Of a DNA stretch of 64,000 bases, positions 22,664 through 30,596 are shown in pieces; position 1 is the stretch's first letter; the number at the start of each line of letters is the position of its first letter. Source of the DNA: Candidatus Omnitrophota bacterium (GTDB lineage Bacteria; Omnitrophota; Gorgyraeia; Zapsychrales; JAHFFX01). The notes under the pieces were generated by a model. That model did not search any database. It was given only the letters and a program-made list of their open reading frames with translations, and was not told the DNA's origin. Made by a program: the position numbers and the translations under genes. The stretch lies in assembly GCA_023247725.1 (NCBI GenBank), contig JAHFFW010000007.1, forward strand, positions 12,243 through 76,242, in the 5' to 3' direction.

Positions 22664-22849
22664 CAGGCTCCTGGCTGAACTTAAAAGCTTCATTGAAACG
22701 ATTTTTATTATAGATAAACGATTCCCGGCCGTCAATTCGTATTCATAGAATTTTCGTTAAGATTCGCCGAGAAAACCTGAAATTGGACTTGCAAAGGGAC
22801 TTTAAAAACGTTACTATTGAAATAGATTTACTTAAAAAGGAAAGGTTTT

Positions 22850-24355
22850 ATGCGCGTCTGTTTTCTCAACCCGAGTTACGGAGACGATTTTGTTCGGGTT
22901 GCCCGCTGGTCTGCCAAATCTCGCGGTCGGGTTCAACGCCATCCAGAATTTCTTCTCACCACCGCCCAAGTCCTTCTCAATCAAGGCCACCACGTTGAAT
23001 TTGTCGAAGCCGCTGCACGCAATATGGCGCCGGAGGCGGCCATGGATGTGGTGTGCAATTTTAAACCAGAATTGCTCCTGATCCATGCGACCACGCCTTC
23101 GATTTATTCTGATATCGCTCAAGCCAAAACCATCAAAGAACGCTCTGGCTGCAAGGTAGCCTTTGTTGGTCAGCATGTCACTGCCGAACCCGATAACACC
23201 TTTGCCATCGGCCGGGGTGTGGTTGAGTATATTCTCCGACGGGAATATGACTTTACCTTGCGCGATTTGGCCAATGGTATGGAATGCAATAAAATTCTCG
23301 GAATGTCCTGGGATGAAGGGCAAAGAATCATCCACAATCCGGACCGGCCAGCCATGGATGTCAATGAATTGCCGTTCCCGGCCTGGCAATTGATCCAACC
23401 CGAATGGTATCCAGACGGTGGCAAAAAATTCCCCTTCTTGACTTTAATCACCGGCCGGGGTTGCAACAATGCCTGCACGTTTTGTCGCGATCCCCAATTG
23501 ATGTATGGTTACCGTTTGCGCAATCGGGACGCCCTCAAAGTCGTGGATGAAATGGAATATGACCTGAAAGTCCATCCACAAATCCGCGAGATCATGTTTG
23601 AGACCGACACTTTCGCCGCCGATAAAAAACATGTGACTCAGGTTTGTAACGAAATTATCCACCGGGGAATTCATAAAAAGATCTCCTGGTCCTGCAACAT
23701 GCGCGTCAATACAGATCTGGAGCTCTTACCTTTGATGCGCAAATCTGGTTGCCGGATGCTCATGACCGGTTTTGAATTTGGCACCGATGAACAATTGCGG
23801 GCCATCCGTAAGGGCGGAGTCAGTATTCAAATGGCCAGTGGTTATGCCAAACGAGCGCACGATTTGGGTTTCACCATTCACGGCTGTTTTATGATCGGCG
23901 CACCCGGCGAAACTCGGGAAAGTGCCCGCAAAACCATTGACTTTGCCAAATCGCTTCCTTTGGACACGATTCAGATCACCGGTGTGGCCGCGTATCCAGG
24001 CACGACTCTTTATCAATGGGCCAAGGAAAACAATTACCTCCTGACCCAGAACTGGTCCGAATGGCTCACATCTCAAAAGGAGCAGCGCACGCTCCTCAAT
24101 TATCCCCAGCTCTCGAGTAAGGAAATCGATGAGTTGATCGATACCGGTCTTAAGGAATTTTATTTGCGGCCTAAACAGATGTGGCAGATGTTGATTTCCA
24201 TCCGCTCGGTTGGGGATCTTTTACGAAAGTTCCACGGATTTAAAGCCTTCGTCCAATATTTTAGTCAAAAATTGACCGGCAAACTAAAAAGTCAACCCGC
24301 CGGAGTCAACCGCATCATGGCAACGATCACTCAAAACGATTCGGTTTCCTTATAA
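22850..24355 (+). CDS. B12-binding-domain radical SAM protein (HpnJ-like)
   Basis: GRGCNNACTFC, N-terminal cobalamin-binding-like domain, IHGCFMIGAPGET and AYPGT. Confidence 0.85.
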   Translation: MRVCFLNPSYGDDFVRVARWSAKSRGRVQRHPEFLLTTAQVLLNQGHHVEFVEAAARNMAPEAAMDVVCNFKPELLLIHATTPSIYSDIAQAKTIKERSGCKVAFVGQHVTAEPDNTFAIGRGVVEYILRREYDFTLRDLANGMECNKILGMSWDEGQRIIHNPDRPAMDVNELPFPAWQLIQPEWYPDGGKKFPFLTLITGRGCNNACTFCRDPQLMYGYRLRNRDALKVVDEMEYDLKVHPQIREIMFETDTFAADKKHVTQVCNEIIHRGIHKKISWSCNMRVNTDLELLPLMRKSGCRMLMTGFEFGTDEQLRAIRKGGVSIQMASGYAKRAHDLGFTIHGCFMIGAPGETRESARKTIDFAKSLPLDTIQITGVAAYPGTTLYQWAKENNYLLTQNWSEWLTSQKEQRTLLNYPQLSSKEIDELIDTGLKEFYLRPKQMWQMLISIRSVGDLLRKFHGFKAFVQYFSQKLTGKLKSQPAGVNRIMATITQNDSVSL

Positions 24356-24376
24356 GAATCTTTTATCCGCCGAGGA

Positions 24377-24405
24377 TTGACAACGCCAAACCCATTTGCT
24401 ATATT
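24377..24405 (+). promoter_or_regulatory. Sigma70 promoter of the ferredoxin gene
   Basis: TTGACA-N17-TATATT, then AGGAGG RBS. Confidence 0.7.
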
Positions 24406-24452
24406 AGCACCATCAATTTTTATTAATCTTATTGACCATCAGGAGGAATGTT

Positions 24453-24734
24453 ATGGCGCACGTTGTCACCGAACCCTGCATCAAATGCCGTTATACCGAT
24501 TGCGTAACGGTTTGTCCGGTGGATTGTTTTCATGAAGATGCAGAAATGGTTGTCATCGATCCCGAGGTCTGCATCGACTGCGGCGCCTGTATTCCCGAAT
24601 GTCCGGTTCAAGCGATTTATGCTGAAGATGATGTACCGGAAAAATGGAAAAGCTTTATCGCTCTTAATAAGGAAAAAGCCCCATCCTTGCCGGTCATCAC
24701 GGAAAAAAAGACGCCCCTCGCCCCTCCGAAGTAA
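24453..24734 (+). CDS. fdxA: 7Fe ([3Fe-4S][4Fe-4S]) ferredoxin
   Basis: CIKCRYTDCVTVCPVDCF...CIDCGACIPECP, the Azotobacter FdI-type pattern. Confidence 0.93.
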   Translation: MAHVVTEPCIKCRYTDCVTVCPVDCFHEDAEMVVIDPEVCIDCGACIPECPVQAIYAEDDVPEKWKSFIALNKEKAPSLPVITEKKTPLAPPK

Positions 24735-24747
24735 CCGCGTAGTTTTT

Positions 24748-25062
24748 ATGAAAAACTTTTTACAAAACGTCAAACGCAAATATCAAATCAAAAGCGATTT
24801 GGACTTTGCCTTGATCGTCACCGCCTTCTCCCTAGCCGGTCTTAACGTCTCATTCACCCGGCCGCGGATTTTCCAGTGGTTGGGCATTTCCCACTCCGCC
24901 TGGTGGGTCAAAACCCTGGCCTTCTTGCTGTTATTCTTTCCTCTCTACCAACTCTCCACCCTTCTTTATGGCTCCCTCCTGGGACAGTTTTCTTTCTTCT
25001 GGGAACGGCAGAAAAAATTGGGAAGGTTCCTGCGAAGAAAATTGTTGCGGGTCGGAAATTAA
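24748..25062 (+). CDS. Small membrane protein (DUF6787-like)
   Basis: MKNFLQNVKRKYQIKS...FSLAG...PLYQ...GQFSFFW; start moved downstream of the ferredoxin stop. Confidence 0.7.
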   Translation: MKNFLQNVKRKYQIKSDLDFALIVTAFSLAGLNVSFTRPRIFQWLGISHSAWWVKTLAFLLLFFPLYQLSTLLYGSLLGQFSFFWERQKKLGRFLRRKLLRVGN

Positions 25063-25073
25063 GAAAAAACTTT

Positions 25074-25166
25074 CCAATCACCAAAGCACCCATCATCAAA
25101 CAATAACCAAATGGCCAAATGACCAATGCTCAAAACGTTTGATCATTGAGGAATTTGGATTATTGA
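25074..25166. repeat. Short-period (7-8 nt) CCAA(A)T repeats forming an imperfect inverted repeat
   Basis: ccaatca-ccaaagca-cccatca...ccaaatgg-ccaaatga-ccaatgc-tcaaaac | gtttga-tcattga...atttgg-attattg, between convergent genes. Confidence 0.6.
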
Positions 25167-25186
25167 AACCTCTAGCCGCCCCAACT

Positions 25187-25621
25187 TTATCTCCAAACGT
25201 ATAACATTAGATAAATCAGGACACCGGTCACCGACACATATCCCCAGACGGGGAATAGCCAGCGGGTGATTTTAGTGTGGGCTTTAAAATTTCCGTGCCA
25301 GGCATGCCACAGAGCGATCAAGCTAAAGGGGACGATGAGGACGGCTAGAGGCGTATGGGTCAACAAGATGAAAAAATAAATTCCTCGCGATAACCCTGTC
25401 CCTGGATATTTGGTGACGCCCGGCACACTGATGTGATAGGTCAAGTAAGAAACAAGAAACAGGGTCGAGGCGCAGAACGCGCAGAGCATCCACCAGCGGT
25501 GAATAGCCATTCGTCCTTTTTTGATCGCGTTCCATCCCAGCAAAAGAAAGCATCCCGCCAGCGCATTTAACGAGGCATTGACGCTTGGCAATTGATAAAC
25601 CCATCCGGCGCCGGTCATCAT
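25187..25621 (-). CDS. DUF420 (CtaM-like) membrane protein of oxidase clusters
   Basis: LPSVNASLN, H...M, FLVSYLTYH, ILLTH and W.YVSVTGV. Confidence 0.88.
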   Translation of the reverse strand: MMTGAGWVYQLPSVNASLNALAGCFLLLGWNAIKKGRMAIHRWWMLCAFCASTLFLVSYLTYHISVPGVTKYPGTGLSRGIYFFILLTHTPLAVLIVPFSLIALWHAWHGNFKAHTKITRWLFPVWGYVSVTGVLIYLMLYVWR

Positions 25622-26205
25622 TCCTTCAACAGTTCGTTAATGTCGCGAAACAATAGATTTAATTCTTCCGGACCGTTGTGTTCATAATATCCGCGGATCT
25701 GCAAATTTTTATCCACCAGAATAAATTTTCCGCTGTGAAAGACAGGTTCATTCACCATACCCAATTTAAAATCCTTAACGGCGACATCGGTTAAGGCATC
25801 CCGCGAACCCGTCAAGAAATGCCAGAGACTTGGATCGGCATCATAGTTCTGGGCATATTTTCGCAAAACCTCGGGCGTGTCATTTTCTGGATTCACACTA
25901 AACGATACAAAATGAACATTCCCGGTCAACCGATAAGAGCGGTAAAGCTGCGCCATCGTTCTGGTCATGACCGGACAAATTCCGGGACAGGTCGTAAAAA
26001 TAAAATCCGCCACCCAGACCTTGCCTTTTAGTTCCGCCAGATGAAAAGATTTTTTCTGGGTATCAATAAAACGACCATCGTTCACCTGCCCCAGAATCGG
26101 CAAGGCTTTGGATTTTTTTTCCTGGCCTAACAAAAAAATAAAAAATGAAAGTGACAGAAGGATCGCCAGGATGCCGACGATGATAAAAAGCTTTTTTCCT
26201 TTCAT
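25618..26205 (-). CDS. SCO1/SenC copper chaperone
   Basis: FIFTTCPGICP and distal HSGKFILVD; N-terminal TM anchor. Confidence 0.94.
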   Translation of the reverse strand: MKGKKLFIIVGILAILLSLSFFIFLLGQEKKSKALPILGQVNDGRFIDTQKKSFHLAELKGKVWVADFIFTTCPGICPVMTRTMAQLYRSYRLTGNVHFVSFSVNPENDTPEVLRKYAQNYDADPSLWHFLTGSRDALTDVAVKDFKLGMVNEPVFHSGKFILVDKNLQIRGYYEHNGPEELNLLFRDINELLKE

Positions 26206-26214
26206 TCTGAACTC

Positions 26215-27084
26215 CTAAAAGGAAACATCCAAGACGATCAAAAGAAACAACAAGGGCAGGTAAAGGACCGAGGTTTTCAAAAGCTTAACCGCATCTTTGG
26301 AGGAGCGGGAAAAAGCCAGCTGCCTACCCTCGCGCCAAAACAGGATTCCCAAAACTAAGGCGGCGAATCGGTAGAAGTGTCCACCGATCCCGAAGGCAAA
26401 AGGCAGCAAAGAGATGGGGATAAGGATGAGTGAGAAAATTTGGATCTGGCGAAAGGTTCGAACTCCCTGCGGGTCAATGACCGGCAGCATTTTGAATCCG
26501 GCCAGGCGGTAATCCTCTTTGCACATCCAGGCGATGGCATAAAAATGCGGATGTTGCCATAAGAACATGATGAGGAATAAAACCCAGGCGCCGAGATCAA
26601 GCTGACCGGTCGCAGCGGCCCACCCCCCCATCGGCGGAATCGCTCCGGGGATGGCGCCAATCGTCGTGTTGAGCCAGCTCAATTTTTTCATCGGAGTATA
26701 GACAAGGACATATAAAAAAGCGGTCAATAAACTTAAGAACGCGGTTAAGAGATTCACCCAAAGAATCAGGATGCATAGACCCACCAAAATGAGGATAATT
26801 CCATAGGCCAGCGCATGGTGAGCGGCAATGATGCCGGCTGGAATCGGCCGGTTCTTGGTCCTTTCCATTTTTCCATCGGAGTCGCGTTCCAAATAATGAT
26901 TAAGAGCGGACGCCCCGGCGCAGACACAGCCTGCCCCTAATATCGTGAAGGCCAATAATGGAAACGAAACGATCCCATTCCCGCCTAAGAAAAATCCCAA
27001 CGCGGTCGTGATCAGAATGAGGGTTAAAATTCTGGGCTTGGCTAACTCCAGATAACTGGAAAATGGAATATTGACAACGCTCAT
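26215..27084 (-). CDS. ctaB: Protoheme IX farnesyltransferase (heme O synthase)
   Basis: LAKPRI, ERDSDGKMERTKNRPIP, GAIPP and WQHPHF; ATGA overlap with ctaA. Confidence 0.96.
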   Translation of the reverse strand: MSVVNIPFSSYLELAKPRILTLILITTALGFFLGGNGIVSFPLLAFTILGAGCVCAGASALNHYLERDSDGKMERTKNRPIPAGIIAAHHALAYGIILILVGLCILILWVNLLTAFLSLLTAFLYVLVYTPMKKLSWLNTTIGAIPGAIPPMGGWAAATGQLDLGAWVLFLIMFLWQHPHFYAIAWMCKEDYRLAGFKMLPVIDPQGVRTFRQIQIFSLILIPISLLPFAFGIGGHFYRFAALVLGILFWREGRQLAFSRSSKDAVKLLKTSVLYLPLLFLLIVLDVSF

Positions 27085-28112
27085 GCAAAACTTTCTCTGA
27101 ACTTCGCCAATGACAAGGGCGACGTCCGAAGGACCAGTAAGAAACTGGCGGCTAACGTCGCAGCCCCAGTCACCACATGCAGGCTCGTGATGACCGGCGA
27201 TTTTACATTGAGAACCGTTAAGATGCCTAAGATGATCTGGACCCAAACGATCACGCTCAACCAAAATAATGAATGCTTGACGCGGGTCGGTGAATTGAAA
27301 CGCACGGTCCCAAGGTAATTTAAGGTCACGATGAAGATCAAAATCATCAAGGCGGTCACTCGGTGTAAGAAATGAATGAAAACCTGTTTCATCACGACTG
27401 GCTCCAGGTTAGCGGCAAAGCGCCAATCATTGATTGAGGAAAGCATCCGGCTGTCAAAGGTTGGCCAAGTTTTGCCTCCCATCGTTGGAAAGTCCGGAAT
27501 GGCAAGTCCGGATTGCGTATGCCGCATGACCGCACCGATCATAAGCTGAAGATAAATGACCGAGAAGGTGATCGCGGACATTTTGATCAAAAGCGCCTCG
27601 CAAGGGAGATCACCTTGAGATCTTTGCTGACGTTCACAGGATTGGCTATAGGCAATAAGGATCGTCAATAAAAAAAAGGTTTGGGCCAGAACCCCATGGA
27701 AAATCGAAACCGGCGGCGGTAGAAAAAGTTTGACCGTCAGTCCGCCTAAAAGTCCCTGCAAGATAACCGCTATGAAGGCAGCGTAGCCTAATTTCTTGAC
27801 CCAGAGGCGTCTTTCTTTCCAATAGAGAAATACGGCCAAAATGAGTGTCAAGAATCCGACGGTCGTGGCAACCATCCGATGGCCGTGTTCGTAAAAAACC
27901 CCTCCGACCATGGGCGGGAAAAGCATTCCATATGATAAAGGCCAATCGGGAACCGCCAGGCCGGAGCCTGTGCTCGTCACCATTCCGCCGGCGAAGATGA
28001 GAAACAAGGTGCAGAGGCAAACGAAAGACGAAAACCCTCTCAGTGGACCAGCAACAAGTCGGGCAGAGCGCCTGGAATGAAGGTTGGGGGTTGAATCAAC
28101 AATGGGCAACAA
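27081..28112 (-). CDS. ctaA: Heme A synthase (CtaA/COX15 family)
   Basis: GGMVTSTGSGLAVPDWP, EHGHR, GAVMRH, HFLHR and SLHV; start uncertain (TTG). Confidence 0.9.
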   Translation of the reverse strand: MLPIVDSTPNLHSRRSARLVAGPLRGFSSFVCLCTLFLIFAGGMVTSTGSGLAVPDWPLSYGMLFPPMVGGVFYEHGHRMVATTVGFLTLILAVFLYWKERRLWVKKLGYAAFIAVILQGLLGGLTVKLFLPPPVSIFHGVLAQTFFLLTILIAYSQSCERQQRSQGDLPCEALLIKMSAITFSVIYLQLMIGAVMRHTQSGLAIPDFPTMGGKTWPTFDSRMLSSINDWRFAANLEPVVMKQVFIHFLHRVTALMILIFIVTLNYLGTVRFNSPTRVKHSLFWLSVIVWVQIILGILTVLNVKSPVITSLHVVTGAATLAASFLLVLRTSPLSLAKFRESFA

Positions 28113-28116
28113 GGAA

Positions 28117-28911
28117 TTAATTCCAAAATGAGTCTTCGCTGGAAGATTTCGCCGCAGCGGACTGCTCGGCCAGCCATTTGTCAAATTCTTCCATCGGTAA
28201 AACGGTCAAGTAACCTTTCATGCGGTAATGGCCGAGCCCGCATAACTGCGCGCAGGCGATTTCGGATTTTCCCGCCTTGATGGGAGTAAACCACAATGGG
28301 ATGACCATACCGGGAACGGCGTCCTGTTTGACTCTCATGATGTTCAAAGAAAACGAATGGATGACATCCTTGCTACTCAAATAGATGAGAACCTGCCGGT
28401 TGACCGGCAGATACAATTGGTTGAGCGTGACCACGTCATCTTGGGCCGCCGGATCGGTCAAATCCAACCCGAGAGGATTGGAGGCCTTGTCATAATGGGA
28501 CATATCGGTTTTACCGAAAATGCCATCCGGACCCGGATAATGAATATTCCAGGCGAACTGTTCGGCGACAATCCGAATCTTTAAAGGATTTTTTTCGGTG
28601 GGCAAGGCACTGACATTCTTGGCCCAAAAGGGGATCGAAAACACCAAAAGCAAGACTGCCTCGGCGATGGCAACGGAGGTTTCAATATAGGTCGAAACAT
28701 GGGTACTGGTTCCATAATAGTTGGCTCGGTGATTTTTTCTGGCCCGGAACTTCCAAATCACAATGATGAAATAGATCCCCCATCCAATGAACAAAACCAG
28801 CACAAGCATATGCAAAAGGAAGATCATGAAATCAATCTGTTGGCCATGAGCCGATGCCACCGGCGGCAATCCCAGCAATTTTTGAATCCAACCTTTTTCG
28901 AGAGTATCCAT
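28117..28911 (-). CDS. coxB: Cytochrome c oxidase subunit II (CuA; no fused cytochrome c)
   Basis: EQFAW, DVIHSF and CAQLCGLGHYRM; no CxxCH. Confidence 0.95.
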   Translation of the reverse strand: MDTLEKGWIQKLLGLPPVASAHGQQIDFMIFLLHMLVLVLFIGWGIYFIIVIWKFRARKNHRANYYGTSTHVSTYIETSVAIAEAVLLLVFSIPFWAKNVSALPTEKNPLKIRIVAEQFAWNIHYPGPDGIFGKTDMSHYDKASNPLGLDLTDPAAQDDVVTLNQLYLPVNRQVLIYLSSKDVIHSFSLNIMRVKQDAVPGMVIPLWFTPIKAGKSEIACAQLCGLGHYRMKGYLTVLPMEEFDKWLAEQSAAAKSSSEDSFWN

Positions 28912-29153
28912 TATGTTCGAATGAGCGTCTGCTCGGAAGAATTTTTGCTCCGACGCCAAACACCGATAAAAAACCAGATGATGCTACCCACGACCACTCC
29001 CAGAATCAGCAACAATCCAAGAACCGACCAGCGTAACCCGCGGGCAGCGTCGGAATTGGCGGCATTAAAGCACATGCTGCAGGCCGTGGCTGTAGGCAAG
29101 GACTGATTCAGAAGGATTTGCGATAGGAATGCGATAAAAGAAAAATACTTCAT
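28911..29153 (-). CDS. Small exported membrane-anchored CxxC protein
   Basis: 80 aa: signal-like N-terminus, ATACSMCF and one TM helix; TAATG coupling to coxB. Confidence 0.7.
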   Translation of the reverse strand: MKYFSFIAFLSQILLNQSLPTATACSMCFNAANSDAARGLRWSVLGLLLILGVVVGSIIWFFIGVWRRSKNSSEQTLIRT

Positions 29154-29160
29154 GTGAGCT

Positions 29161-29352
29161 TTACTCGATTCCTTTGAGCTTTCTGACAAAATTGGTACCA
29201 TAGACCAACAAAACGGCGGCCAAAACAAACGCCAGGATGCCGAACCGCTTAACATTTTGAACTTGCGGCTGGGTTAAACACCAAAAACCAAATCCCAATA
29301 GCAAAAGAAACGCTAAAAAAATAAATAGAAGGTGAAAATGTTTAAGAGACAA
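29161..29352 (-). CDS. Small 2-TM membrane protein
   Basis: MSLKHFHLLFIFLA..., 63 aa; overlaps the subunit IV stop. Confidence 0.65.
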   Translation of the reverse strand: MSLKHFHLLFIFLAFLLLLGFGFWCLTQPQVQNVKRFGILAFVLAAVLLVYGTNFVRKLKGIE

Positions 29353-29665
29353 ACCTTGCTCCCATCAGGATGTCTCCATAGCCCCAAAGTAACAGTCCAA
29401 ATAAAAAGAACAAATTCCCCAAAGTAAAAATGAGCAAAAAGTAAATCAAGGTACGCTCCGAAATCAGATGCATAAAAAAACAAGCAACCAGAGAAGCCTT
29501 GAAAGTAGCGATCAAAAGCGCAATGGCCACATTTCCCACCAAACCGAAGTGCAGACGACTAATTAAGACAGTCAAGATCGTCAAAAAAGCCAACGAGCCA
29601 AAAACGATCATGTAACCTCTGACTTCTTTTTTCACATCATGGACATCGGCAGGCGCATTCGACAT
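29342..29665 (-). CDS. Cytochrome c oxidase subunit IV family protein
   Basis: Y..VF..L..LTILTV and IATFKASLVACFFMHL; AGGAG RBS. Confidence 0.9.
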   Translation of the reverse strand: MSNAPADVHDVKKEVRGYMIVFGSLAFLTILTVLISRLHFGLVGNVAIALLIATFKASLVACFFMHLISERTLIYFLLIFTLGNLFFLFGLLLWGYGDILMGARFVS

Positions 29666-29680
29666 ATACAAATTACTCCT

Positions 29681-29735
29681 GTAGCCGGGGCCCTTTGCCC
29701 CGCAATCTTCTTCGGGGGCAAAGGGCCCCGCACAT
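29681..29735. repeat. REP-doublet (REPIN)-like perfect 16-bp hairpin inside the cox operon
   Basis: GTAG foot, then cggggccctttgcccc (29686-29701) / ggggcaaagggccccg (29715-29730), 13-nt loop, no U-tail. Confidence 0.75.
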
Positions 29736-29738
29736 CCA

Positions 29739-30596
29739 TCAGAGCAAATAAAGCACGGGAAACAAAAAAATCCAAACCAGATCCACGAAGTGCCAATAAA
29801 GCCCAGCCACCTCGATCCGGTTGGTAAAGCGTTCCGGTTGATCCAGCCACATCCGGCGGCCCGGCCCCCAAAAATATCCATTCACAATGATTCCCCCCAA
29901 AACGTGCAGGCCGTGCAGACCTGTCAGGGTAAAATAAATCGCCATGTAGGTGCTGTAACTCGGCGGGAAATTATGATGGGAATGGCGGTTACCCAACTCA
30001 AAAAGAGTAAGGATTATTCCGATAAACGCGATCACGCTAATGAGCAAGATCGCTGTACGAACGAACCGGGAAAAATCCTTGAAAGCGACCTGGGCCAGTG
30101 ACCAAACGGCCCATAAAAAGAAAAAGCCCAGAATGCATTTCGGGACCAACGCCATGGCGGCGATTCCACCCGCTAGCCGGTGGACCGCAAGATTAAAAAG
30201 CGCGGGAAAATATTCATGATAATGAATGGAAAACTTGGCTCCGTATTCAAAGGCCTTGACCATCAAAAAGGTTAAGGCCAAAAGGATCGTCAGCCCCAGA
30301 TACATCCGAAATTTTTTCAGCTCCTGCAATTTCAAGGAAACCCAGGCCATGACCATGGTAACGCTGGAGGTGATAAGAACAATCGTGTTGAATGTCCCGA
30401 TGGGGATGCTCAGGATCGTCGAACCCATTGGCCAGTTTGGGGCTCCCATCCTTAAAAGAATATAAGCCGAGAATAATCCACCAAAGAGCATAACCTCTGA
30501 ACCCAAAAATAACCAGATGCCTAATTTGGCATTAAATAATCCGGTGTCTTGACGGGGGGAAACGGTGTAGGGAAGAACGTGCACACTGGACATCAA
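29739..30596 (-). CDS. coxC: Cytochrome c oxidase subunit III (with an internal hydrophobic insertion)
   Basis: WLFLGSEVMLFGGLF, NT.VL..SS, YFTLTGLHGLHV and YWHFVDLVWIFLF. Confidence 0.94.
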   Translation of the reverse strand: MMSSVHVLPYTVSPRQDTGLFNAKLGIWLFLGSEVMLFGGLFSAYILLRMGAPNWPMGSTILSIPIGTFNTIVLITSSVTMVMAWVSLKLQELKKFRMYLGLTILLALTFLMVKAFEYGAKFSIHYHEYFPALFNLAVHRLAGGIAAMALVPKCILGFFFLWAVWSLAQVAFKDFSRFVRTAILLISVIAFIGIILTLFELGNRHSHHNFPPSYSTYMAIYFTLTGLHGLHVLGGIIVNGYFWGPGRRMWLDQPERFTNRIEVAGLYWHFVDLVWIFLFPVLYLL

